This document shows positions 17,866 through 26,628 of a stretch of DNA of 32,000 nucleotides, in pieces. The DNA is from Paracoccus suum (GTDB lineage: Bacteria > Pseudomonadota > Alphaproteobacteria > Rhodobacterales > Rhodobacteraceae), in contig NZ_CP030918.1 in NCBI RefSeq assembly GCF_003324675.1, positions 2,460,001-2,492,000 of the forward strand, given 5' to 3'. The notes under the pieces are model-generated. The model saw nothing but the letters and a program-made list of their open reading frames with translations. It was not told the DNA's origin and made no database searches. Made by a program: the position numbers and the translations under genes. Every line of letters starts with the position of its first letter. Position 1 is the first letter of the stretch.

Positions 17866-18551
17866 AATCCCCGCCCGATGCCGCCGTCAACACGCAGTGT
17901 CTGCCCGGTGATGTAACTGGATTGATCGGACAGCAAGAACGCAACCGTCGCCGCGATCTCGTCCACCCGGCCCTGACGGGGGATGGCAGCGCCGGCAAGA
18001 CGCTCGGCCGGGGCGGGGATGGAATCGATAAAGCCCGGCGCAACGCTGTTGATGCGCACGCCCTTGGGACCAAGGTTTTGCGCTGCCAGCTTGACCCAGG
18101 CATGCAGACCCGCCCGCATCGCCGAGGAGGTCGGAAAGGCGGCCGAAGGATCCTCGGCGACGAAACTGGTGATGTTCACAATCGCCGCCCCGTCCGCCAG
18201 TTGCGGCAGGACAGCGCGGATCGGGCGGACGGCGGAAAGGAAATAAACGTCCAGCGCCTTGTGCCACTCCTCCGGCGTGAGCGAGAACACATCTCCCCGC
18301 GGCCCGTGCCCCGCGCTGTTCACCAGCCCGTCGATCCGTCCCCATCGCCCCATCGCCGCATCGACCAGTCGCTGGATATCCACGTCCTTGTCGTTCGAGC
18401 CGGTGACGCCGACGCCGCCCAGTTCCTCCGCCAGGGCCTCGGCCTTGCCTGAGGAGGACAGCAGCGCGACGTTCCAGCCGTCAGCGGCCAGCCGGCGCGC
18501 ACAGGCCGCGCCCATGCCCGAGCCGGCGGCAGTGAGAAGAGCGGTTTTCAT
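17862..18551 (-). CDS. SDR-family protein (atypical active-site motif)
   Basis: Rossmann motif TAAGSGMG, NSAG, NITS, RINSVAPGFI. The expected YxxxK position reads SSAMR in my by-eye alignment. Confidence 0.75.
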   Translation of the reverse strand: MKTALLTAAGSGMGAACARRLAADGWNVALLSSSGKAEALAEELGGVGVTGSNDKDVDIQRLVDAAMGRWGRIDGLVNSAGHGPRGDVFSLTPEEWHKALDVYFLSAVRPIRAVLPQLADGAAIVNITSFVAEDPSAAFPTSSAMRAGLHAWVKLAAQNLGPKGVRINSVAPGFIDSIPAPAERLAGAAIPRQGRVDEIAATVAFLLSDQSSYITGQTLRVDGGIGRGL

Positions 18552-18626
18552 GTCGGCCTCCGGAAAACGGTTCTGGGGAAACTTGCCCGGCGATCAGGGC
18601 CCGCCGCAAATGATTTCGCGCGGCCA

Positions 18627-20078
18627 TCACACTCCGGTCTGGGGGATGCCGCTGCGCGCGACGGGGCGCGGGGCGGTCAGCGCCTTCCATTCCGAAAGCG
18701 CGCGGTTGACAGGCTGGCCGGGCGCCCTAGCCACAAACTCGCCGTGGCCCTCGGGCGTTTCGACCGCGCCCTCGCGCCAGGCGACACTGCCGCGTGACAG
18801 CACGACACGCGGCAGGCCTTTGACAGAAAGCCCCTCGAACACGTTATAATCGATTGCGCTCTGCTGGGTGCCGGCGCTGATCGTCTTGGTTGCCTCAGGA
18901 TCCCAGATCAACAGGTCGGCGTCACTACCCACAAGCACTGCACCCTTCTTGGGATAGAGGCCCATGATCTTGGCGATATTGGTCGAGGCGACGGCGACAA
19001 ACTCGTTCGGGGTCAGCCGCCCGGTGCCGACACCCTGGGTCCAAAGCAGCGGCAGACGATCCTCCAGGCCGCCAGTGCCGTTCGGGATCTTCGTGAAATC
19101 GCCGATGCCGGTGCGCTTCTGCGTCGTGGTAAAGGCGCAGTGATCGGTTGCCACGCAAGACAGGCTGCCTGACATCAGGCCCGACCACAGGCTGTCCTGA
19201 TGGCGCTTGTCGCGGAACGGCGGCGACATCACTCGGCGCGCGGCGTGGTCCCAGTCGGGGTTCTGGTACTCGCTTTCGTCCAACGTCAGGTGCTGGATCA
19301 GCGGCTCGCCCCAGACCCGCTTGCCCGCCTGGCGCGCGCGGCGGATCGCCTCGTGGCTGTCCTCGCAACTGACGTGCACCACATAGAGCGGCACCCCAGC
19401 CATGTCAGCGATCATGATGGCACGGTTGGTCGCCTCGCCCTCGACCTGTGCCGGGCGCGAATAAGCATGTGCCTCGGGGCCGGTATTTCCCTCGGCCAGC
19501 AACCGGGCCGAGAGTTCGGCCACCACATCGCCGTTTTCGGCGTGGACCATGGCGATGCCGCCCAGATCGCCTACCCGGCGGAACGACGCGAACATCTCGT
19601 CGTCATTGACCATCAGGGCGCCCTTGTAGGCCATGAAATGCTTGAAGCTGGTGATCCCGCGATCCACCACCTCAGCCATTTCATCGAATACCTGCTGCCG
19701 CCAGCCGGTGACGGCCATGTGAAAACTGTAATCGCAATGCGCCCGGGCGGTCTTGTTATCCCAGATCTTCAGCGCATCCAGCAGCGACTGGTCCGGCGCG
19801 GGCAGCGCGAAATCGATCACCATGGTCGTCCCACCGGCGAGCGCCGCGCGCGTGCCGGATTCGAAATCATCGGCCGAATACGTGCCCATGAACGGCATTT
19901 CCAAGTGGGTATGCGGATCGATCCCGCCCGGCATGACATAGCAGCCGGTCGCGTCGATGACCTCGTCGCCGACCAGTCCTTGGCCGATGGCGGCGATCCG
20001 GCCGCCTTCGATCAGGATGTCCGCCTTCTGGGTCAGATCGGCCGTGACGATGGTCCCGTTCCTGATGAGGGTCGTCAT
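18627..20078 (-). CDS. hydA: Dihydropyrimidinase / D-hydantoinase
   Basis: GGIDPHTHLEMPF metal-binding HxH, SFKHFMAYK (carboxylated Lys region), MVHAENGD, ATDHCAF. Confidence 0.9.
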   Translation of the reverse strand: MTTLIRNGTIVTADLTQKADILIEGGRIAAIGQGLVGDEVIDATGCYVMPGGIDPHTHLEMPFMGTYSADDFESGTRAALAGGTTMVIDFALPAPDQSLLDALKIWDNKTARAHCDYSFHMAVTGWRQQVFDEMAEVVDRGITSFKHFMAYKGALMVNDDEMFASFRRVGDLGGIAMVHAENGDVVAELSARLLAEGNTGPEAHAYSRPAQVEGEATNRAIMIADMAGVPLYVVHVSCEDSHEAIRRARQAGKRVWGEPLIQHLTLDESEYQNPDWDHAARRVMSPPFRDKRHQDSLWSGLMSGSLSCVATDHCAFTTTQKRTGIGDFTKIPNGTGGLEDRLPLLWTQGVGTGRLTPNEFVAVASTNIAKIMGLYPKKGAVLVGSDADLLIWDPEATKTISAGTQQSAIDYNVFEGLSVKGLPRVVLSRGSVAWREGAVETPEGHGEFVARAPGQPVNRALSEWKALTAPRPVARSGIPQTGV

Positions 20079-20116
20079 GCGGCACTTCCTTTCCGGTCTT
20101 AGCGTTGTCCAAATAT

Positions 20117-20147
20117 CCCGGGGGGTCCGGGGGCAGAGCCCCCGGGG
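20117..20147 (-). promoter_or_regulatory. Intercistronic GC-rich stem-loop with two mutually exclusive pairings
   Basis: ccgggggc (20127-20134) pairs with gcccccgg (20138-20145) around a 3-nt loop. Alternatively, cccggggg (20117-20124) pairs with cccccggg (20139-20146). Confidence 0.4.
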
Positions 20148-20160
20148 TGGGAGGGCTAGT

Positions 20161-21414
20161 TCACGCGACGACCTCCGCCGTCTCGAGCACCGCGTTCAGC
20201 AACACATCCGCCCCTGCCGAGGCCCATTCCGGGCTGATCTCCTCAGCCTCGTTGTGCGAGACGCCGTCGACGCAGGGGCACATGATCATAACGGTCGGCG
20301 CGATCTTGTTGATCCAGCAGGCGTCGTGACCGGCGCCACTGACCACGTCCATGTGAGAATAACCCAGCCGCTCGGCCGCGCCGCGCACGCGTTTCACTAG
20401 GCCCTCGTCAAAGGCTGGCGGGTCGAACTGGCCGACGATCTGGCTGGTCATGCTGACGCCGATCTCCTCGCAGAGGGCCGGGGCGCGGGCGTCAAACTCC
20501 TCAACCATCGCCAGCAGCGTCGGCAACAGGTGGCTGCGGAAATCGACTGTCATGACAACCTTTTCCGGGATCACGTTGCGGCTGTTCGGGAACACCTCGA
20601 TATGGCCCACCGCGCCCACGGCGTTGGGCTGGTGCTTCATCGCGATCTCGTGGACCAACTCGATCAGCCGGGCCATGCCGCGTCCGGCGTTCCGGCGCAT
20701 CGCCATGGGGGTCGAGCCGGTGTGCTGGCCTTTGCCGGTCACCGTCACCTCGATCCAGCGCAGGCCCTGGCCGTGGGTCACGACGCCGATCTGCTTGCCT
20801 TCGGCCTCGAGGATCGGGCCCTGTTCGATGTGATACTCGAACATCGCGTGAATCGGGCGCCCGCCGACCGGCTGATCGCCCCGCCAACCGATCCGGTCCA
20901 ACTCGTCGCCAAAGCGCAGGCCCTTGAGGTCCCTGCGATCATTGGCGAATTCCTCGTCGATCACGCCCGCAAAGACACCCGAGGCGAGCATCGCCGGGGC
21001 AAAGCGCGAGCCTTCCTCATTGGTCCAGTTCACCACCACAATGGGACGGCGCGTCTGCACGCCCATGTCCCGGATGGTGCGCACGACCTCCAGCCCCGCC
21101 AGAACGCCCAGTACGCCGTCATATTTGCCACCCGTTGGCTGGGTGTCGAGGTGGCTGCCGATATAGACCGGGTCAGCCTCGGGATCGGTCCCCTCGTGGC
21201 GGAGAAACATCGAGCCGAGGCGGTCAACCTGCATGGTCATGCCGGCATCCTCGGCCCATCTCTGGAACAGGCGGCGTCCCTCGGCATCGGCATCGGTCAG
21301 GGTCTGGCGATTGTTGCCGCCGGCGATGCCAGGGCCAATCTTCGCCATCTCCATCAGGCTATCCCAGAGACGGTCGGGATTCACCCGCATGTTGCCGGAG
21401 GGGGCGTCGGTCAT
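20161..21414 (-). CDS. M20-family Zn-dependent amidohydrolase (N-carbamoyl-beta-alanine / N-carbamoyl-amino-acid amidohydrolase type)
   Basis: GSHLDTQPTGGKYDGVLGVLAGLEV, typical of the AmaB/allantoate amidohydrolase group. Position next to dihydropyrimidinase supports the call. Confidence 0.85.
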   Translation of the reverse strand: MTDAPSGNMRVNPDRLWDSLMEMAKIGPGIAGGNNRQTLTDADAEGRRLFQRWAEDAGMTMQVDRLGSMFLRHEGTDPEADPVYIGSHLDTQPTGGKYDGVLGVLAGLEVVRTIRDMGVQTRRPIVVVNWTNEEGSRFAPAMLASGVFAGVIDEEFANDRRDLKGLRFGDELDRIGWRGDQPVGGRPIHAMFEYHIEQGPILEAEGKQIGVVTHGQGLRWIEVTVTGKGQHTGSTPMAMRRNAGRGMARLIELVHEIAMKHQPNAVGAVGHIEVFPNSRNVIPEKVVMTVDFRSHLLPTLLAMVEEFDARAPALCEEIGVSMTSQIVGQFDPPAFDEGLVKRVRGAAERLGYSHMDVVSGAGHDACWINKIAPTVMIMCPCVDGVSHNEAEEISPEWASAGADVLLNAVLETAEVVA

Positions 21415-21435
21415 TGTAGTAGGCTCCGTGATCGT

Positions 21436-21720
21436 TCAGCGCTTCAGTTCAACCTCGACAAAGGCCATCGGCGCAGCGCCGTTGTTCCTGACGTTATGCT
21501 CGGTGCCGATTGGCCGGCGATACGACGCGCCCGGCGGGATCGTGCTCTCGACGGTCTCGCCGCCGGGCAGATCGACGGCCAGGCGGCACTCGGTCAGCGT
21601 GACGATGACGTAATCCATCTCGTGCTGGTGCCAGCCGGTCTCGCCGCCGGGGGCAAAGTCATAGCGCGTGACCCGGACCTGGGCATCGTCCAGCAGGACC
21701 TTTCCGGTGCAGTCCTTCAT
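21436..21720 (-). CDS. Cupin domain protein
   Basis: 94 aa with cupin motifs GWHQHEMDY and GTEHNVRNNG. Its ATG overlaps the aminotransferase stop by 4 nt. Confidence 0.75.
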   Translation of the reverse strand: MKDCTGKVLLDDAQVRVTRYDFAPGGETGWHQHEMDYVIVTLTECRLAVDLPGGETVESTIPPGASYRRPIGTEHNVRNNGAAPMAFVEVELKR

Positions 21721-23042
21721 GCCGTGGCCTTGATGACGCTGCCGAGGGTCGAGATCAGCTCGTCGATCTGCTCCTCGGAAATGATCAACGGCGGCGAGAG
21801 CGCTATGGTATCGCCGGTGATGCGGATCATGATCCCCGCCTCGAACGCCTTCACGAAGGCATCGAAGGCGCGCTTGCCCGGCGCATCGGGGATCGAGGCC
21901 AGCTCGACCGCGCCGATCAGGCCCATGTTGCGAATGTCGATGACGTTAGGATGATCGGCGAGGCCGTGCAGCGCTTTTTCCCAGTGCTTTTCCAGCTTGG
22001 CAGCGCGGGTCAGCAGGTTGCCATCGGCATAGGTCTCAAGCGTGGCGATACCAGCCGCCGAGGCGATCGGGTTGCCGGAGTAGGTGTAGCCGTGGAACAG
22101 CTCGATCACATGGTCGGGGCCTTGCATGAAGGCATCGTGAATCGCGCCCGAGGTCAGCACGGCGCCCATCGGAATGACGCCGTTGGTCAGGCCCTTGGCG
22201 CAGGTCATCATGTCCGGAATGACGCCGAAATGCTGCGCCGCGAACGGGCTGCCGAGACGGCCGAAGCCGGTGATGACCTCGTCAAAAATCAGCAGGATGC
22301 CATGCTTCGTGGTCAGCTCGCGTAGCTTTTCCAGATAGCCTTTGGGCGGCAGCAGCACCCCGGTCGAGCCGGCCATCGGCTCGACAATCACCGCGGCGAT
22401 GGTCTCAGCCCCGTGCAGGGCTACCAGCCGCTCCAACTCCTCGGCCAGATAGGCGCCGTGTTCCGGCTGTCCCTTGGTAAAGGCGTTTTCTTTCAGATGG
22501 GTATGGGGCAGATGATCGACACCGTTGAGGGCGGTGCCAAAGAAGCGGCGGTTATTGACGATACCGCCCACGGAGATTCCGCCAAAGCCGACGCCGTGAT
22601 AGCCCCGCTCGCGGCCGATCAGCCGGGTGCGCGAGGCCTCGCCCCGCGCCCGGTGATAGGCGAGAGCGATTTTCAGTGCCGTATCAACAGCCTCCGAGCC
22701 GGAGTTCGTATAAAATACATGCTCGATCCCCTCCGGCGCGATGTCGACGAGCCGGTTGGCCAGTTCGAACGCACCGGGGTGGCCGATCTGGAACGCGGGT
22801 GCGTAATCGAGCGTGCTGGCCGTCTCGGTGATCGCCTGAGTGATCTTCGGTCGGCAATGGCCGGCATTGCAGCACCATAGGCCCGCCGTGCCGTCCAGCA
22901 CCTGCCGGCCGTCCGCCGCGGTGTAGTGCATGTCCTTGGCCCCGACCAGCATCCGCGGCTGCGCCTTGAACTGGCGATTGGCCGTGAATGGCATCCAGAA
23001 GGCGCTGAGATCATTGGGCGCAGGCTTGCGGTCTAGAGCCAT
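21717..23042 (-). CDS. Class III (omega) aminotransferase, beta-alanine:pyruvate transaminase-like
   Basis: GLWCCNAGH, SGSEAVDTALK, FDEVITGFGRLG, TCAKGLTNG (PLP lysine). Confidence 0.88.
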   Translation of the reverse strand: MALDRKPAPNDLSAFWMPFTANRQFKAQPRMLVGAKDMHYTAADGRQVLDGTAGLWCCNAGHCRPKITQAITETASTLDYAPAFQIGHPGAFELANRLVDIAPEGIEHVFYTNSGSEAVDTALKIALAYHRARGEASRTRLIGRERGYHGVGFGGISVGGIVNNRRFFGTALNGVDHLPHTHLKENAFTKGQPEHGAYLAEELERLVALHGAETIAAVIVEPMAGSTGVLLPPKGYLEKLRELTTKHGILLIFDEVITGFGRLGSPFAAQHFGVIPDMMTCAKGLTNGVIPMGAVLTSGAIHDAFMQGPDHVIELFHGYTYSGNPIASAAGIATLETYADGNLLTRAAKLEKHWEKALHGLADHPNVIDIRNMGLIGAVELASIPDAPGKRAFDAFVKAFEAGIMIRITGDTIALSPPLIISEEQIDELISTLGSVIKATA

Positions 23043-23296
23043 GGCGGCGTTCCTTCAGACTAGGGGCGGGATGGGTTGACCCGACGCTAGCAGCGGCCAA
23101 GGGCCAGTCAAGGACCCTCGGCGCGACGGTGGGACTACGAGCTGTGTCGGCCGCCTCCGCGCCGGGGATCCGCCCGAGGCGACTGTGCGTTACGGGCTAC
23201 AGGGTCAGCGACGCGCGGGGGATTGCCGGCGCCGTACAGGGCCCTTGCCAAGCAGGGCGGAATGCCTCACATCCTCGCGACCGAAACAGACCGAGC

Positions 23297-25255
23297 ATGG
23301 CGATGACCGATGCCCTGCGCAGCCCCGGCGACAACGCGCCCGGCGGGCTGCCACCGCCGCCAGATTTGCGCACCCCGCCAGAGCATCACCATGCCTCGCA
23401 TGAAAAATTGCGGGCCGGACTTGTCCTCAGCTGCCTCGGGGTCGTCTACGGCGACATCGGTACCTCGCCCCTTTATGCGCTGCGAGAATCCCTTGTCCAC
23501 GCCCATGAACATCAGATGAAAGAGACGGCGGTCATCGGCATCGTGTCGATGCTGTTCTGGACAGTCTTTCTGATCGTCACGGTCAAATATGTCGTCCTGA
23601 TCCTACGCGCGGACAACAACGGCGAGGGCGGCACGCTTTCGCTGGTGGCCAAGGCCCAGCAGGCCCTCGGTGGGCGCCGCGCCTGGTGGCTGTATCTGAC
23701 CGGTATCGTCGGCGTTTCGCTGTTTTTCGGCGATTCCATGATTACGCCGGCGATCTCCGTCCTGTCAGCGGTCGAGGGGGTGAACCTGGTCGCGCCCGGG
23801 CTCGACCGCTATATCGTGCCGGTCACGCTGGGGATCGTGTTCATCCTCTTTTGGGCGCAGCGCCACGGGACCGAGGCAGTCTCGCGCCTGTTCGGGCCGG
23901 TCATGTTCATCTGGTTCACGACCATGGCGGTGCTGGGCGCCAGCCACATCATGGACGACGGCCGCATCCTGCAGGCGCTGAACCCGCTGCGGGCCATCAG
24001 TTTCATCTGGCAGAACGGTGCGGGCGCGCTGCCGGTCATGGGTTCGGTCTTTCTGGCCGTGACCGGGGCCGAGGCGCTTTACGCGGACATGGGCCATTTC
24101 GGTAAACGACCGGTGCGCGTGGCCTGGACCGGTATCGTCTGGCCTGCCCTCGGGCTCGCCTATCTCGGGCAGGGCGCAATGGTGCTGGCTGATCCGTCCA
24201 AGTCGAATAACCCGTTCTTCAACATGGCCCCTGAATGGGGCCTGCTGCCGCTGGTGATCCTGGCGACGGCCGCGACGGTGATCGCCAGTCAAGCGGTCAT
24301 TTCCGGCGCGTTCTCGGTTGCGCAGCAGGCCGTGCAACTGGGGCTGCTGCCGCGACTCGAGATCCAGCACACCTCGGATACGCAGCTTGGGCAGGTGTTC
24401 CTGCCCAAGGTAAACTTCATCCTGCTGTGCGGCGTGGTGGGGCTGATCCTCGCCTTTGGCAGCTCGGCGCGACTGGCCTCGGCCTATGGGATCGCGGTCA
24501 CCGGGGACATGGTCATCACCTCGATGCTGGCAATCATCGTCTTTCGCTGGGCCTGGAAATGGCCATGGGTGGTGGTCCTGGGGATCATGCTGCCGATCCT
24601 CGCCATCGAGGTGGTGTTCTTCTATGCCAACGTTCTGAAAGTGGTGGACGGCGGCTGGATCCCCCTGGTCTTTGCCGCCATGGCCATCACCTCGATGGTG
24701 GTCTGGCTGAAAGGCACGCAGCTGCTGCAGGCGAAGCTCGGCGCGGACAGCGTCAAGCTGGACTTCCTGGTACGCAAGCTGGAGGCCTCGCCGCCCACAA
24801 TAGTGCCCGGCACGGCGGTGTTCCTGACCGCCGATCCGAACATCGCGCCGGCCGCGCTGATGCATAACCTCAAGCATAACCGCGTGCTGCACGACCGTAA
24901 TGTCATCACCCGGGTCGAAGTCGCGACGACGCCGCGTGTGCCGGACCACGCGCGCTTGCGGGTCGAGCAACTGAGCCCACATTTCTGGCGCGTGGGCTGC
25001 CGCTTTGGTTACATGGAACAGCCGAACGTGCCGCGCGCCCTGGCCGATGCCCGCGCGCTGGGGCTAAAATTCGACATCATGTCGACCAGCTATTTCCTGA
25101 ACCGCCGCACGCTGAAGATTGGGAAGTCACGGATGATGCCGATCTGGGCCGCGCGGCTGTTCGCCGGCCTCTACCGCTCGTCGTCAGAACCGACGAACTT
25201 TTACCGCCTGCCCTCCAACCGGGTGGTCGAGCTGGGCCAGCAGATCAACATCTGA
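23297..25255 (+). CDS. kup: KUP/HAK/KT potassium uptake transporter
   Basis: LGVVYGDIGTSPLYALRE signature, 12-TM core, cytoplasmic C-domain. Start at ATG 23297 (MAMTDAL...). Confidence 0.9.
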   Translation: MAMTDALRSPGDNAPGGLPPPPDLRTPPEHHHASHEKLRAGLVLSCLGVVYGDIGTSPLYALRESLVHAHEHQMKETAVIGIVSMLFWTVFLIVTVKYVVLILRADNNGEGGTLSLVAKAQQALGGRRAWWLYLTGIVGVSLFFGDSMITPAISVLSAVEGVNLVAPGLDRYIVPVTLGIVFILFWAQRHGTEAVSRLFGPVMFIWFTTMAVLGASHIMDDGRILQALNPLRAISFIWQNGAGALPVMGSVFLAVTGAEALYADMGHFGKRPVRVAWTGIVWPALGLAYLGQGAMVLADPSKSNNPFFNMAPEWGLLPLVILATAATVIASQAVISGAFSVAQQAVQLGLLPRLEIQHTSDTQLGQVFLPKVNFILLCGVVGLILAFGSSARLASAYGIAVTGDMVITSMLAIIVFRWAWKWPWVVVLGIMLPILAIEVVFFYANVLKVVDGGWIPLVFAAMAITSMVVWLKGTQLLQAKLGADSVKLDFLVRKLEASPPTIVPGTAVFLTADPNIAPAALMHNLKHNRVLHDRNVITRVEVATTPRVPDHARLRVEQLSPHFWRVGCRFGYMEQPNVPRALADARALGLKFDIMSTSYFLNRRTLKIGKSRMMPIWAARLFAGLYRSSSEPTNFYRLPSNRVVELGQQINI

Positions 25256-25276
25256 CGGCCCAGCGCAGTTGCGGCC

Positions 25277-26473
25277 TCAGAAGCTCAGGCCAAGCCGCAG
25301 CCGCGGAAGGGTCGCCGCTGCGACCAGCCAGGCGAGGGCGCCGCAGAACGCGATCCCGGCGATCATCGAAAGCGGTGTGCTGTCCAGCACCGCCCCGATC
25401 AGCGTGATCATCCCGGCGCCTGTCAACATCTGCAACGTTCCGCCGAGCGAGGAGGCGAGGCCGGCGATGTCCGGATGCGGGTCCAGCGCCATGACCATGG
25501 TCGTCGGCATCACCAAGCCCAGGAACGCGTTGGCGATGAACAGCCCCGCGATGATGATCGGAAGGCTGCCGAAACCCGCTGCGACAACCGCGAGCAGCAG
25601 CAGCATCGAGCCAGCGAAGCCGGTGATCGCGATGGCGATCGCGCGCTCCATCCCCAGCCGCGCCGCGAGCGGGCCGGCGAACTGCGAGGCCGTGAAAAAG
25701 CCGATCGCATTCACTGCAAAGGCCAGCGAGAACCCGGTCGGCCCAAGGCCGAAGGTCTTGGTGTAGACAAAGGTCGCCATCGCCAAAAAGACGAAGAAGC
25801 TGGACATGGCAAAGCCGCCGATGAACGTCAGCCCCATGAAGCGGCGGTCGGTCAGCAGGCGGACGGCGCCAGCCCGCATCTCGGCCACCCGCACGGGGCG
25901 GCGGTTTTCGGGCCGCAGCGTCTCGGGCAGGGCAAAGGTGATGAGCGCGAGGCTGATGAGCGAAGCGAGCGCCAGCACGCCGAAAATCCAGCGCCAGTCC
26001 GCCACCGCCATGACGGCCGAGCCGGCCAACGGTGCCAGCATCGGCGAGACCGAGATCACGATCATGATCGCGGCCATCATCCGTGCCGCGTCCGGGCCCG
26101 TGGACAGATCGCGGATCACCGCGCGGGGCACCACCATCAGCGTCGCCGCGCCCAGCGCCTGAACGGCGCGGGCAAAAACCAGGGTCGGCAGGTCCGGCGC
26201 AAAGCTGGCCGCGACCGATGCCGCGGTAAAGATCGCGACCCCGATGAGCATCGGCCGCCGACGGCCAATTGCGTCTGCCATCGGACCGTAAATCAGTTGG
26301 GCGATGCCGAAGACCAGGAAATAGACGCTGAGGGTCGCCTGCGCCGCCGTCTCGCTGACGCCGAGGTCCGAGGCGACCTTGGGCAGGGCGGGCAGGTACA
26401 TGTCGATGGCAAACGGGCCAACAGCCGAGAGAAGCCCCAGAATCAGGGCCAGGCGGAACAGATGCGAGGGCAT
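25277..26473 (-). CDS. MFS transporter, Bcr/CflA (DHA1) drug-resistance family (second copy in window)
   Basis: GPFAIDMYLPALPKVA and GPMADAIGRRRP motifs. Start at ATG 26473 (MPSHLFRL...). Confidence 0.88.
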   Translation of the reverse strand: MPSHLFRLALILGLLSAVGPFAIDMYLPALPKVASDLGVSETAAQATLSVYFLVFGIAQLIYGPMADAIGRRRPMLIGVAIFTAASVAASFAPDLPTLVFARAVQALGAATLMVVPRAVIRDLSTGPDAARMMAAIMIVISVSPMLAPLAGSAVMAVADWRWIFGVLALASLISLALITFALPETLRPENRRPVRVAEMRAGAVRLLTDRRFMGLTFIGGFAMSSFFVFLAMATFVYTKTFGLGPTGFSLAFAVNAIGFFTASQFAGPLAARLGMERAIAIAITGFAGSMLLLLAVVAAGFGSLPIIIAGLFIANAFLGLVMPTTMVMALDPHPDIAGLASSLGGTLQMLTGAGMITLIGAVLDSTPLSMIAGIAFCGALAWLVAAATLPRLRLGLSF

Positions 26474-26511
26474 GGAAAACCTGCCGTGACTGATGATGTT
26501 ATGGGATGCGC

Positions 26512-26530
26512 CGCGTGCGTGTCGCACGCG
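26512..26530. promoter_or_regulatory. Perfect 8+3+8 palindrome upstream of the MFS gene
   Basis: cgcgtgcg-tgt-cgcacgcg lies about 40-57 nt upstream of ATG 26473. It could be an operator or a 5'-UTR hairpin. Confidence 0.3.
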
Positions 26531-26578
26531 AGGGGGTTCAGGACCGCCAGCGCCGCGCACCCTTTGTCAGTCTTTCCA

Positions 26579-26621
26579 GCAAATTGCAACCCCGGCGCGG
26601 CCCGGATCGGGCGCGCCGGGG
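26579..26621 (-). terminator. Putative intrinsic terminator of dctPQM
   Basis: 10-bp stem ccccggcgcg / cgcgccgggg plus an inner 4-bp cccg/cggg stem with a gat loop. On the minus strand it is followed by ttgcaatttgc, a weak U-tract. It begins 8 nt after the dctM stop. Confidence 0.5.
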
Positions 26622-26628
26622 CAGGGTC

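Noticed and set aside
23043-23296. Possible riboswitch (for example c-di-AMP class) or operator in the 254-nt divergent region upstream of kup and the catabolic operon.
   Set aside because: I found only weak 5-bp inverted repeats (ttgac...gtcaa) and nothing resembling a known riboswitch core. A covariance-model scan would be needed.
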